Below are positions 18,759 through 30,000 of a stretch of 64,000 nucleotides of DNA, in pieces. Location: positions 28,525 through 92,524 of the IMG/VR virus record IMGVR_UViG_3300030330_004405. One strand, 5' to 3'. Origin of the DNA: a virus. Its lineage: Duplodnaviria > Caudoviricetes. Position 1 is the first letter of the stretch. The number at the start of each line of letters is the position of its first letter. Under the pieces are notes generated by a model that saw only the letters and a program-made list of their open reading frames with translations, did no database searches and had not been told where the DNA came from. The translations under genes were made by a program, and so were the position numbers.

Positions 18759-19727
18759 ATGAGTACTGAAAGAAAGCGCGTCATAATCATTGACGCATTA
18801 AACATGTTTATTCGAGCGTATATTGTGGATCCTTCTTTGTCAACGAATGGAGATCCAATCGGCGGCATCAAGGGCACGATTAAGATTATGCAAAAGCTAG
18901 TGCGGATGACACAACCAGATGAAATCTTAGTAGTCTGGGATGGTCCAAATGGTTCGGCTAAGCGGAAGAGCATCGATAAGAGCTACAAAGAAGGCAGAAA
19001 GCCCTTGAGACTAAACAGGTCAGTACACAACCTTACAGACGACCAGATCGTAATGAATAAAATATGGCAACAATCTCGCGTTGTCGATTACTTCAACGAG
19101 ATGCCAATCATTCAGCTTATGTTACCTGAAATTGAGGCGGACGATGTGATCTCGTTTACGTCTAGAATGAAGCGTTACGATGGCTGGCAAAAGGTCATTA
19201 TATCCAATGATAAGGACTTCCTACAGCTATGTGATGACGAGACTGTTGTGTACCGTCCGACAAGCGATCAGCTGATGAACAAGAAGCGTATTATTGAGGA
19301 ATATGGCGTCCATCCAACGAACATGGCTTTAGCAAGAGCGATTGTTGGTGATGCCTCAGACAATCTACCAGGGATCAAAGGTGCCGGACTGGTTTCGGTC
19401 AAAAAAAGGTTGTCTTTTCTCGCTTCGGAAAAAGACTATACTATCAACGAGTTAGTAGATTTCTGTGAAAAAGCGGACAGCAAATTGAAGTTTTTTAGCA
19501 ACATCATCGAGGGGAAAGAGGTTATCTCGCATAATTATAAAATGATGCAGCTATACGCACCTCTACTCTCAGTTCAGGCTAAAAAGTTTGTACGTGAGTC
19601 CATTGAAAACTTTGACTGCACATTTAACAAAACTAAGATACTCTCACTTATGACCGAGGATGGTTTCGGTGAACTTAACTGGGAAGATCTCAAAACACAC
19701 CTCAATAAAATTTTATTGTCGTGTTGA
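18759..19727 (+). CDS. 5'-3' exonuclease/flap endonuclease (PolI N-terminal/T4 RNase H family)
   Basis: IIDALN, VWDG, YKEGR, EADDVI, SNDKDFLQL, GDASDNLPGIKGAG. Confidence 0.92.
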   Translation: MSTERKRVIIIDALNMFIRAYIVDPSLSTNGDPIGGIKGTIKIMQKLVRMTQPDEILVVWDGPNGSAKRKSIDKSYKEGRKPLRLNRSVHNLTDDQIVMNKIWQQSRVVDYFNEMPIIQLMLPEIEADDVISFTSRMKRYDGWQKVIISNDKDFLQLCDDETVVYRPTSDQLMNKKRIIEEYGVHPTNMALARAIVGDASDNLPGIKGAGLVSVKKRLSFLASEKDYTINELVDFCEKADSKLKFFSNIIEGKEVISHNYKMMQLYAPLLSVQAKKFVRESIENFDCTFNKTKILSLMTEDGFGELNWEDLKTHLNKILLSC

Positions 19728-19773
19728 CTTGCATTATTGCGAATAACCAGTTATAATCACCGGGAGGGTACAA

Positions 19774-21159
19774 TTGTCTAACAAACCAAGTTTCAGCAAA
19801 TACGGTAAAAGTTTCCAAGAGGATCTAGTACATCTTATCCTGGATGACCGACCGTTTGCAGACCAGATACTAGAAGTTCTAGATACTAACTTTTTGGAGC
19901 TTGAATACCTTAGACTGTTTACTTCTAAGATCGTTGATTACAGGGACCGGTACGCTAAACACCCATCACAACAAATCATCGACACAATTCTGCAGACCGA
20001 GCTTGAGAAAGAAGATAAAGTCCTTTCCCAGCAGATAACAGAATATTTTACCAAGATCCGCAATACTGAGGTCGATGGTTCTGAATACATCAAGGAGCAG
20101 TCTCTTGAATTCTGTCGAAAGCAGAACTTAAAAGAGGCTATGCTTAAATCAGTTGACCTTCTGCAGAATTGTTCTTTTGACGAGATCTCGAAGGTTATCA
20201 ACGAGTCCCTTAAGCTTGGTTCAGAGTCCAATTTTGGTCACGATTTCCTGGCAGATTTCGAAGAAAGATATAAGCCAAAGTTTCGTGGTCCTGTGACGAC
20301 CGGGTGGAAGCAGATTGATGATATGACTGGTGGGGGCTTAGGCAAATCTGAGCTTGGAGTGGTCGTTGCACCGACAGGTGCCGGCAAGTCAATGGTTTTA
20401 GTTCATCTCGGATCCAACGCAGTTATGGAAGGCAAGACTGTTGTTCATTACACTCTAGAACTTCAAGATACCGTTATTGGAAAGCGATATGATAGCTGTA
20501 TCACAGAATATCCCCTCTCTGAACTCTCAGTTTTTAAGGAAGAGATTTACGAAAAGATTAAAGATTTAGACGGTAGATTAATTGTTAAAGAATATCCTAC
20601 AAAATCAGCCTCAACTGGTACAATCAGAAATCACTTAAACAAGCTAATCAAAAGAGGTATCGAGCCAGGTATGATTATTGTGGATTATGCAGATCTTCTC
20701 AAACCACTGGTAGTGCGCAAAGAGAAGCGAAATGAGCTTGAATCTATCTACGAAGAATTACGCGCCATCTCGCAAGAGTTTGGTTGCCCTATATGGACTG
20801 CATCACAGACTAACCGCTCCGGTTTGAATGCAGAGGTGATCACAATGGAGCAAATTTCTGAAGCATTTAATAAATGCTTTGTTGCAGACTTCATCTTCTC
20901 TGTCTCACGAACAATCGACGACAAGCAGAATAACACTGGGAAAATTTTCATAGCCAAGAACAGAAATGGACCCGATGGGATGGTCTATGATATATTTATG
21001 GATACCTCTAACGTTAAGATTAGAGTATTGCCAAAAACAAACGCAGTCACAGCCACAGCAGCCAATGCAGTGGTAACAAGTCCGGTGGCGTTAACACCGA
21101 AAATGCAGAGAACTTACTTACAATCGAAGTATCAAAAATTTAAAGGAACATCAAAATGA
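19774..21159 (+). CDS. Replicative DnaB-like helicase (gp41-like)
   Basis: Walker A APTGAGKS, YTLEL, IIVDYADL, TASQTNR, KNRNG. Confidence 0.92.
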   Translation: MSNKPSFSKYGKSFQEDLVHLILDDRPFADQILEVLDTNFLELEYLRLFTSKIVDYRDRYAKHPSQQIIDTILQTELEKEDKVLSQQITEYFTKIRNTEVDGSEYIKEQSLEFCRKQNLKEAMLKSVDLLQNCSFDEISKVINESLKLGSESNFGHDFLADFEERYKPKFRGPVTTGWKQIDDMTGGGLGKSELGVVVAPTGAGKSMVLVHLGSNAVMEGKTVVHYTLELQDTVIGKRYDSCITEYPLSELSVFKEEIYEKIKDLDGRLIVKEYPTKSASTGTIRNHLNKLIKRGIEPGMIIVDYADLLKPLVVRKEKRNELESIYEELRAISQEFGCPIWTASQTNRSGLNAEVITMEQISEAFNKCFVADFIFSVSRTIDDKQNNTGKIFIAKNRNGPDGMVYDIFMDTSNVKIRVLPKTNAVTATAANAVVTSPVALTPKMQRTYLQSKYQKFKGTSK

Positions 21160-23123
21160 AAACTATCGAAAACATCCGCAGATTCAGATTATCTGATTCT
21201 TTTATTGAGCCATATACAACCGCAGAAGTCCCATGGGGTCCACTCGGCTACGTAACTTTTAAACGCACATACGCTCGCCGTCTTAGCGAGTTTGATCCAG
21301 AGGCAAAGGGGTCCGAAGAATGGTGGCAAACTTGCCGTCGTGTTATTGAAGGCATGTTCAACATGCAAAAACAGCATGTTGTTAGACTTGGTCTGGAGTG
21401 GAATGACAATAAAGCACAAAAAACTGCCAAGGATGCATTTGATAGATTATTCAATCTTAAGTGGACACCGCCCGGTCGTGGACTGTGGATGATGGGGACT
21501 AAATTTGTTGAAGAGCGCACAGGAGCAGCCCTGTTTAACTGCGCTTTCAGATCAACTCAAGATCTCTCCACTAAGGGCGGATATATCTTCAGCTGGATTA
21601 TGGATGCTCTAATGGTTGGTGTTGGTGTCGGTTTTGACACGAAGGGTGCTGGCACGATTACGTTCGAAGAGCCAGAATATACAAACGACGTGCTTGTGAT
21701 TGATGACTCACGAGAAGGGTGGGTTAATTCCGTACAAACACTTCTTAATGGTTTCTTTTTCGGACACAAGGTTCCTAAGTTTGACTACTCTGCTATTCGA
21801 CCATTGGGCGCTTTAATTAGCGGCTTTGGCGGCACCTCAAGCGGTCCCGGTCCACTCATCGAGCTTCATGAAAACTTAACGCAACTTTTCTCAGACAAGA
21901 TTGGTGAAGCCATCACTTCTGTGGATATTGTTGATATTGAGAACTTGATTGGTCGCTGTGTGGTGTCCGGAAATGTACGCCGCTCTGCTGCACTCGCTCT
22001 CGGTGATGCAGACGATTTCCGCTATCTTGAAATGAAGAATGATCAAGAAAAGTTGTACCATCATCGCTGGGGCTCTAACAACTCCTACAACGCTACTGTT
22101 GGTATGGATTACACTTGGCATGCTGAACAATCTCAAGAAAACGGTGAGCCTGGTACGATCTGGCTTGAGAATGCGAGAGCATATGGGCGATTTAAGGACG
22201 GTGTTAATTACGATGATGCGGAGGTCGTTGGCTTTAACCCTTGTGTTGAGCAAAGTCTTCACAACGCTGAGATGTGCTGCCTCGTCGAAACGTTTCCAGC
22301 CAAGCATGATGATTATGAAGACTATGTAAAGACGCTTAAGTGTGCGTACCTATACGGCAAGACTGTTACACTTGTTAATACACACTGGCCAGAAACTAAC
22401 GCTAAGATGCTCAAGAACCGACGCATCGGATTGTCACAGTCTGGTATCATTCAGGCATTCAACAAACATGGTCGTAGAACGATGCTTGATTGGTGTGACA
22501 ATGCATACGGCTACGTTAAGGAACTAGACACCGAGTATTCAAATTGGCTTTGTGTTCCAAAGTCCATTAAGATGACCTCGATTAAGCCATCAGGCACGGT
22601 CTCTCTCTTGAATGGTTCTACTCCAGGAATTCACTTTCCAGAAGACGAGTATTACATTAGACGAATTAGATTCTCTAATACTTCAAAAGTTCTTAAAAGT
22701 TTAATTAAAGCAGGTTATAATGTTGAAGATGATCAATACTCTCCGAACACTTCTGTTGTTGAGTTCCCTGTCAAGGAACCACACTTTGAAAAGGGAAAAC
22801 GAGATGTTTCAATGTGGGAGCAGCTTGAGATTGCAGCCCAGTATCAAAATTATTGGGCGGATAACGCAGTGTCTGTTACGGTCTCGTTTAAGGGAAGCGA
22901 GGCGAATCAGATTCGGAGCGCGTTAGAAATGTATGAGACAAGACTTAAGGCTGTATCTTTCCTGAAGTACGAAGAGACGGGATATGTGCAAGCTCCGTAC
23001 GAATCTATTACAAAAGAGAAGTACGAAGAGATGTCATCCAAGATTAGCCCCATCACTCGAATCGACGACGAAGAGGGTGGTTCGGGTACAAAATTCTGTA
23101 CAAACGACACTTGTGAAATTTAG
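21156..23123 (+). CDS. nrdJ: Class II (adenosylcobalamin-dependent) ribonucleotide reductase
   Basis: PPGRGLW, FNC, GNVRRSA, NPCVEQ, CCLVE, TSIKPSGTVS, C-terminal CTNDTC; no small subunit gene nearby. Confidence 0.9.
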   Translation: MKTIENIRRFRLSDSFIEPYTTAEVPWGPLGYVTFKRTYARRLSEFDPEAKGSEEWWQTCRRVIEGMFNMQKQHVVRLGLEWNDNKAQKTAKDAFDRLFNLKWTPPGRGLWMMGTKFVEERTGAALFNCAFRSTQDLSTKGGYIFSWIMDALMVGVGVGFDTKGAGTITFEEPEYTNDVLVIDDSREGWVNSVQTLLNGFFFGHKVPKFDYSAIRPLGALISGFGGTSSGPGPLIELHENLTQLFSDKIGEAITSVDIVDIENLIGRCVVSGNVRRSAALALGDADDFRYLEMKNDQEKLYHHRWGSNNSYNATVGMDYTWHAEQSQENGEPGTIWLENARAYGRFKDGVNYDDAEVVGFNPCVEQSLHNAEMCCLVETFPAKHDDYEDYVKTLKCAYLYGKTVTLVNTHWPETNAKMLKNRRIGLSQSGIIQAFNKHGRRTMLDWCDNAYGYVKELDTEYSNWLCVPKSIKMTSIKPSGTVSLLNGSTPGIHFPEDEYYIRRIRFSNTSKVLKSLIKAGYNVEDDQYSPNTSVVEFPVKEPHFEKGKRDVSMWEQLEIAAQYQNYWADNAVSVTVSFKGSEANQIRSALEMYETRLKAVSFLKYEETGYVQAPYESITKEKYEEMSSKISPITRIDDEEGGSGTKFCTNDTCEI

Positions 23124-23131
23124 GAGGAACA

Positions 23132-23398
23132 ATGTTTAAACCAGTAAACCGACACATTTTAGTTGATTTAGATCAGCGAACAGATGAACAGAAGTCGCTA
23201 ATTGTTTTACCGGAAGATTATCAGCCGGAACAACAAAAGCACTCCGTTGTCCGTGTTTTGGAGAAATCTGATGATGTAAAATTCGACTTGCTAGTAGGTA
23301 GTAAAATCGTTGTCGATTCATCGATGATCGAAGAAATTGTAATAAATAACACTACTTATAATATAATATTAGAAAACTATGTCGTGGGGGTACTGTAG
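23132..23398 (+). CDS. groES: GroES-like co-chaperonin
   Basis: MFKPVNRHILV...IVLP...ILENYVVGVL, 88 aa. Confidence 0.65.
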   Translation: MFKPVNRHILVDLDQRTDEQKSLIVLPEDYQPEQQKHSVVRVLEKSDDVKFDLLVGSKIVVDSSMIEEIVINNTTYNIILENYVVGVL

Positions 23399-23416
23399 CC
23401 CTAGAGGTTTAATTAA

Positions 23417-24331
23417 ATGGACAAAAATTTCTACAATGAGGCTTCCGCCAAAAAACTTGGTTGGGAGCCCTCTTGGTTTGGCGAAAGATATTTTGATGAT
23501 AAGCTTGTTAGGGCTATTAAAAAATGGCAAAAGAAAAAAGGCATACCAGCTGACGGTCTCTGCGGTCCCACAACATTCCGTAGATTGTGGACTGAAAGAC
23601 AAGAGCCACACGTAGTTGGTGAATATTGCAAGAACACTGGTAGTTCATATTCCAAGTCTATAGTATATAATGGAGTCTACTACCCGATAAACTGGGATAA
23701 GTTTGTTTTATGGAGTGACGATGGTGGTATGCAGACAACTAGCGGTAAATACTACGATTACTCCGCGCGTCCCACAAGACCGATAAGGTATTTCGTAAAT
23801 CATTGGGATGTATGCCTGAGTTCAGAATCTTGTCATAATATTCTAGAAAAGCGTGGCATATCGGTCCATTTCTTAATTGACAACGACGGAACAATATACC
23901 AGACTATGGATATGCAACACGCAGCTTGGCACGCAGGCACAGAGCGCACTAATAGAGCTTCTGTTGGTGTCGAGATCACCAATGCTTACTATCCAAGATA
24001 TCAAAATTGGTACAAGAAGAATGGTTTTGGTGAAAGACCGATTGTGGAGGATGCCTGGGTTCATGGTGAAAAGTTGGATCCATTTACCGGGTTCTACCCA
24101 CAACAAATTGAAGCGCTTAAGGCATTGTGGGAAGCTGTACATTCTGCGACTGGCATCCCATACGAAACTCCAGTTAATCAATTTGGAAACACATCAACTA
24201 AATACGAACAAGAAGTTGCTTACGGCAAATTTTCTGGGTTCGTTAGTCATTACCACATAAGTAAACGAAAAATAGATTGTGCTGGGCTTGACATTAAGCA
24301 ATTACTCGACGAAATTACTGAGGAAGAATGA
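23417..24331 (+). CDS. Endolysin: peptidoglycan-binding domain plus amidase_2
   Basis: WQKKKGIPADGLCGPTT; HW...SVHFLIDNDG...AWHAG...SVGVE...SHY...KIDC. Confidence 0.88.
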   Translation: MDKNFYNEASAKKLGWEPSWFGERYFDDKLVRAIKKWQKKKGIPADGLCGPTTFRRLWTERQEPHVVGEYCKNTGSSYSKSIVYNGVYYPINWDKFVLWSDDGGMQTTSGKYYDYSARPTRPIRYFVNHWDVCLSSESCHNILEKRGISVHFLIDNDGTIYQTMDMQHAAWHAGTERTNRASVGVEITNAYYPRYQNWYKKNGFGERPIVEDAWVHGEKLDPFTGFYPQQIEALKALWEAVHSATGIPYETPVNQFGNTSTKYEQEVAYGKFSGFVSHYHISKRKIDCAGLDIKQLLDEITEEE

Positions 24332-24729
24332 GACCAGAATGGGATGAGATATGGATGGACTTTTGCCACACAATTGCAAAAAGATCTTACGATCCAAGAT
24401 TTCAAGTTGGTGCAGTTATAGTATCTGAAGATAACTGTCAAGTTTTAGCGATTGGGTATAATGGCAATTATGCCGGTGGTCCAAATGAGGTGGAGTCAAG
24501 CAATCCGGGGGAATCCGGGATGATCCACGCAGAAATCAATGCGCTTATTAAGCTAGATTATAACAATCCGAAGAAAAAGAAACTATATTTAACGCTTTCT
24601 CCCTGTAGAACATGTGCGAAAGCCATTGTGAACGCCGGCATTGATGAAGTAATCTACAGAGAAGCATATAGAGACACTTCAGGTGTGGATATATTAAAGA
24701 AAAGTGGCATCAAAGTTAGATCCTTCTGA
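24328..24729 (+). CDS. dCMP deaminase
   Basis: VGAVI, GYNG, HAEINA, LSPCRTC. Confidence 0.9.
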   Translation: MRPEWDEIWMDFCHTIAKRSYDPRFQVGAVIVSEDNCQVLAIGYNGNYAGGPNEVESSNPGESGMIHAEINALIKLDYNNPKKKKLYLTLSPCRTCAKAIVNAGIDEVIYREAYRDTSGVDILKKSGIKVRSF

Positions 24730-24759
24730 AAAGGTAGCCCGCACAACACTATATACTGT

Positions 24760-25317
24760 GTGGGGTTTCTTTTACTGTTCTTGTTGAGCTGTATTTCTAG
24801 TACAGAATTGCAAAATATAATCTATGTCTCGGAGCAAAAGCCGATTGATGCGTTTGTTATTGGTAAGCCGACTAGGAAAGCTGAATGGGAAACGCCACCC
24901 AAAGTAAGGGTCTGTGCCAACACACAATTAACAATGTACCGGGTTGAAAACGCTGTAAAATATTGGGAGCGCCTCGGCTATAAATTTGAATATACGTATA
25001 AAGACTTTGTTATAGATTGTATGAACCCCAGATATGGCGAAATCATAATAACTTTGCCAGAGGGGGGATTTTCAGCAAACCACATGGCAGCAACAAGGTT
25101 ATATACTAGCAACAGAACGGGTAAGATTGTGATGGCTAAAATATTCATATTACCCAAGAATGGTAGAAAAGAGAGAGTATTAGAACACGAACTAGGACAT
25201 GCTTTAGGTTGGCGCCACTATAGCGAGAGACAACACATAATGCACCCAAATTGGAAAGATGGCGGCTTCAATTCGAAGGGTCTTCGAAAAAGAGACTTGA
25301 CAAGCGATAAAAAGTAA
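24760..25317 (+). CDS. Exported matrixin-like (metzincin) zinc protease
   Basis: Hydrophobic N-terminus with LLSC; HELGHALGWRH and Met-turn HIMHP. Confidence 0.75.
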   Translation: MGFLLLFLLSCISSTELQNIIYVSEQKPIDAFVIGKPTRKAEWETPPKVRVCANTQLTMYRVENAVKYWERLGYKFEYTYKDFVIDCMNPRYGEIIITLPEGGFSANHMAATRLYTSNRTGKIVMAKIFILPKNGRKERVLEHELGHALGWRHYSERQHIMHPNWKDGGFNSKGLRKRDLTSDKK

Positions 25318-25331
25318 GCCATAATATACAA

Positions 25332-26222
25332 ATGGCTTTTGAATACGAGAAGATCGTTATCGGCAGTTCGTTATCGGCGCTAATCTTTGCTTATGTAAAT
25401 GATTGCCCGGTATTTTTTACGGAACCTGACATACCTTTCCGATTTGATTTTTTATCTCCTAGTCACACACCAATCGGTATACCGTGTGAGGCAAAAACAC
25501 TATTGTCATTTGACGACGAGATGGAGGTCGGCACACGCAAGCAAGTTTTATGGGATCGGCTGTATTTTCTCTTGTCTTTAAAGGGACTTACGCCGCTTTC
25601 AAATTTGTGTAAAACGATTAGATGCAATGAAGAATCTATAGTTTGTTTAAATGAATATTCAAAGATATTTGAAGCGTCGTTCGACAAGTGTTATTATTTT
25701 GGAGATCCTAACGCCAGCGGCTTTGTTCGTAAAAACAAGCTTGACGAACATAGTTACATATGTTATGATTATATTGCGTTCAATAGTGGAGGCAAGCATG
25801 AAGTCGACTTTATACACACAAGCGATGATTTTATCAGCGAGATATGGTTTTATAGTTCCGACCGTATTGATGGAAATACTCCTGTTAGAGATGCTTGTGC
25901 GGTATCAAAATTAACTGAATCGCAACTAATAGATTTTGATTACTCAGAAACGATGGCTCGCTTCAAGGTGCTCAAAATTATGAAAGACAACGGAATGAGA
26001 GGGAAATTAAGTGGATACACAAAGAAAGGTACGGCTAGGCACTATGATTTTAGAACAACTAGCATCAGACGCGAAACGCACCGCTGTCGAGATGGACTCA
26101 CAACAGAGAACCATAATATCAAGATTAACACCGACAGCGAAGAGAGCATGCTCCGGCTTCTATCGAATGTTCAGGGTTCACCCGATAGATTTTTAGAGTT
26201 ACTGAATGTCACTTCACCTTAG
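25332..26222 (+). CDS. Hypothetical protein with a degenerate Rossmann-like N-terminus
   Basis: KIVIGSSLSAL resembles a decayed GxGxxG; preceded by a TTGACA promoter at 25298. Confidence 0.45.
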   Translation: MAFEYEKIVIGSSLSALIFAYVNDCPVFFTEPDIPFRFDFLSPSHTPIGIPCEAKTLLSFDDEMEVGTRKQVLWDRLYFLLSLKGLTPLSNLCKTIRCNEESIVCLNEYSKIFEASFDKCYYFGDPNASGFVRKNKLDEHSYICYDYIAFNSGGKHEVDFIHTSDDFISEIWFYSSDRIDGNTPVRDACAVSKLTESQLIDFDYSETMARFKVLKIMKDNGMRGKLSGYTKKGTARHYDFRTTSIRRETHRCRDGLTTENHNIKINTDSEESMLRLLSNVQGSPDRFLELLNVTSP

Positions 26223-27090
26223 CGGCATAATACCAGTTGCCAATTGTCAAGTAGATCTGGAAGTATCATTTCCAGAGTTGCTCTTACCTGTCAATGACGG
26301 GTTTAATTTGATACAGAAGTCGGTGCATGAGTGTGCTATGGCTGGTTGTAATACAATATGGATTGTGGCTAACGATGACCTCGCACCAATCATAAGAAAG
26401 ACAGTTGGCGACTGGGTGTATGACCCCGTGTATTACAAAAGAGACCTAGAGTCTAAATTTTACTCACAATTAAGGAAAGAGGTACCTATTTATTACGTCG
26501 GAATCAAACCCAAGGATCAAAATAAAAGAGATAGTTACGGCTGGTCAATAATAGAAGGCATCCATGCTGCCTATATGACTTCTCACAAAATCTCCAAATG
26601 GCTAACACCGGAAAAATACTACATTTCTTTTCCGTTTGGGGTTTTTGATATCTACTTTATAAGACAACACCGGAAATTGATTCGCGATAAAACCAAGAAT
26701 TTATTTTTTACTCATAATGGACAGAGTGTGGTAAACAACCAATATCTGCCATTCACTATGACAGGAGAAGACTTTAAACAATGCCGAAGAGCAATAAACA
26801 AAAAGACAACAAGGGAGTATTTACCCCCTTTACCAAACCAGCAGTATCCATCCCAGAAGCTCCCGCTTCACGAGAGGTGGTCCGCTCGTCACTTTACTTT
26901 AAGTGATATATACGAGCCTTTAGGCTCACAACAAAGAACAGAAATTGAATTAGAGTGGTATTTTGACGTATCGCACTGGGATGGCTACACCAAATATATT
27001 TCTTCAGAGTATTTGATAAATAAGCCCCTGGATGAGTTGACAAGACCCCGACAGCATGTTACAATACCATATACTAATTCGGAGGGTTAA
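26206..27090 (+). CDS. Sugar-nucleotidyltransferase-like protein (divergent)
   Basis: GIIPVA...LLLPV...IQKSVHECAMAGCNTIWIV matches the NTP_transferase N-terminal pattern; GxGTR is missing. Confidence 0.5.
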   Translation: MSLHLSGIIPVANCQVDLEVSFPELLLPVNDGFNLIQKSVHECAMAGCNTIWIVANDDLAPIIRKTVGDWVYDPVYYKRDLESKFYSQLRKEVPIYYVGIKPKDQNKRDSYGWSIIEGIHAAYMTSHKISKWLTPEKYYISFPFGVFDIYFIRQHRKLIRDKTKNLFFTHNGQSVVNNQYLPFTMTGEDFKQCRRAINKKTTREYLPPLPNQQYPSQKLPLHERWSARHFTLSDIYEPLGSQQRTEIELEWYFDVSHWDGYTKYISSEYLINKPLDELTRPRQHVTIPYTNSEG

Positions 27091-30000
27091 ATGAATCGTA
27101 TTGATTCTAAAATTAAGTTTGTTGGTCTGCACGCCCACTCGGTAGCAGGCTCTATTTTTGACGCCATTGGGTATCCACAAGATCATATGGATTTTGCATA
27201 TGAAAATGGTTGTGATGCCTTGGCGCTGACAGACCACGGCAACATGAACGGTCTGGCATATCAAGTGCTTCACGCTAAGAAGATGCAAGAAGCCGGCAAG
27301 GACTTCAAGCCTATTTTTGGTTGCGAGGCATACTTTACGCCTTCTATTGCTGAATGGCATGAAGCCTACAATCAGGCGATGGAAGATAAGAAGAAGGCAC
27401 GTGCAATCAAGAAGGATGCACAGTCAGGTGCCACTGTTGAGGATGAGGGTGATAGCAAAAAGACCCAGGGCATCCTCAAGCGCCGTCGTCACCTTGTTCT
27501 GTTGGCTCAAAACCAAACAGGGCTGAACAATCTATTTAAGTTGGTATCTGAGTCATACCAGCCGGAGAACTTCTATCGCTACCCACGTATCGACTATGCA
27601 CTACTCAAGAAGTACAATGAGGGCATCATTGCTTCTTCTGCTTGTCTTGGTGGGGTGTATGCCGGAAACTACTGGGAGAACCGAGAAGACGGCGACGAAG
27701 CCGTGCTCGATGCTATGCGTGAAACAACAGCACGTATGGTTGACATTTTCGGTGATCGCTGGTATGCCGAAGTGCAGTGGAACAATATTAAAGAGCAACA
27801 TGAGCTGAATCAATATGTTATTCAGGTTGCTAAAGAGTTTGGCGTTGGACTGGTCACGACAGCCGATAGCCATTACCCCAACCCTGATGCTTGGAAGGAC
27901 CGTGAACTTTACAAGCGTCTTGGTTGGCTTGGTAAGGGCACACCTTCTTGGGCAGAGGGAGAGTCAGAACTCCCTGATGGAGTTGAGGAGATTGGATACG
28001 AGTTGTATCCCAAGAATGGTGACCAGATCTGGGAAAGCTACAAGCAATACTCTAAATCCACGGGGTTTGAGTATGACGACGATGTGGTCTTGAAAAGTAT
28101 TGAGGAAACACACAGAATTGCCTTTGAGCGAATTGAATCGTTCCTGCCCGACAATACAGTCCGCCTCCCCGAATTCGTTGTTCCCGCAGGGTTTACAGCC
28201 ACACAGGCACTAGTAAACTATGCGCTAGAGGGTTTGAAAGACAAGGGTCTCCACACCAACAAGGAATATACAGATCGATTGCGTCTTGAATTGAATGTCA
28301 TTGATGACCGAGGTTTCTCAAAGTACTTCTTGACAATGAAGTCTATCGTGGACGTGGCAACTGGCATGATGCTCACAGGTCCCGGACGCGGATCGGCTGC
28401 GGGCTCTCTGGTAGCATATGCGCTAAACATTACCCAGGTAGATCCAATCAAGCACGGACTTCTATTCTCTCGATTCTTGCGCTCAGACGCAACAGACTAC
28501 CCAGATATCGACTATGATGTGTCTGACTCAATGTCTCTGAAAGAGAAGCTGGTCGAGATGTGGGGTGAGGATTGTGTTGCACCAATTTCTAACTGGAACA
28601 CATTACAGCTCAAGTCTCTAATCAAGGACATTTCCAAGCTGTATAATATTCCTTTTACAGAAGTCAATACAGTAACATCAATTATGATTCGTGAAGCAAC
28701 TCCGCTTGCTAAGCAAAAGCACGGCATCAAAGCCGGCGTATACGCACCGACGTGGCAGGAGGTCATGGAGTTCTCACCAACGCTTAGGCAATATCTCGCC
28801 AAGCACCCGGCAGTCAAGACACACGTTGAGGGTCTTGTTGGTCAAGTTCGCTCATGTTCCCGGCACGCCGGAGGTGTTGTGATTGCTGAGAATCTTGATA
28901 AGAATATGCCGCTGATTAATTCTGGCGGTGTTCGTCAGGCTCCGTGGGCAGAGGGTCAGAACGTCCGACACCTTGAACCAATGGGATTCATTAAGTTCGA
29001 TCTGCTTGGGCTGTCCACACTCAAGATGATGGAGGGTGCTATCTATCATATCCTCAAGCGCCATCACGGTGTCGAAGAGCCTACGTTCGCACAGATCCGA
29101 GACTACTACGAAGAATACCTGCATCCTGACATACTAGATCTAAATGATCAAGAGGTATATCGCAACGTGTTTCATCCCGGTAAGTGGGCAGGCATCTTCC
29201 AGTTCACAGAGCACGGAGCCCAGCAGTTCTGCACCAAGGTAAAGCCAAACAACATTATTGACTTGTCTGCTATTACCTCTATCTTCCGACCCGGTCCTCT
29301 GTCCGCTGGTGTTGATGCTGACTATGTGGAAGCAAAGGAAAGCCCCCACTACATCAAGTACCTATCCGAAGAAGCACGAGAGATTACCGAAGAGACCTTT
29401 GGCTTCCTGATTTTCCAGGAACAGATTGCACTGTTGGCTCACAAACTTGGTGGCTTGACGCTCGACGAGGGCAACATGCTTCGTAAGGTGCTGACCAAGA
29501 AGGGAACAGGTAAGAACAGTTACAAGGCAAAGCTTCACGAGAAGTTCATTAAGGGCTGCGTAGCTAAGAAGATTAATAGAGATGAAGCACAATCACTTTG
29601 GGATAAGTTTGAGTTCTTCTCCGGTTACGGCTTCAACAAGTCGCACGCTGTTTCATACTCTATCATTTCTTATCAATGTGCGTGGTTGTGGAACTACTAC
29701 CCAGCAGAATGGATGGCTGCGTTCTTGGATAAGGAGCCTGAGACACGTAAGGAAAAGGCGATTAATATCGCAAAGAAGTTTGGATTTGATATCGCCCCTC
29801 TTGATGTTAACAAGTCTGGTACTGTGTGGGAGATTAGTGAGGATGGCAAAACTCTAATCCAACCCCTCACCTCTATTAAAGGTCTGGGCATGTCAGCTAT
29901 CGAGCAGATTCTAGACAATCGCCCGTTCATGAACGCAGAGGATCTACTGTTCCGTGAGGAAGTATCATACTCTAAGCTAAACAAGAAAGCTTTAGATGCT

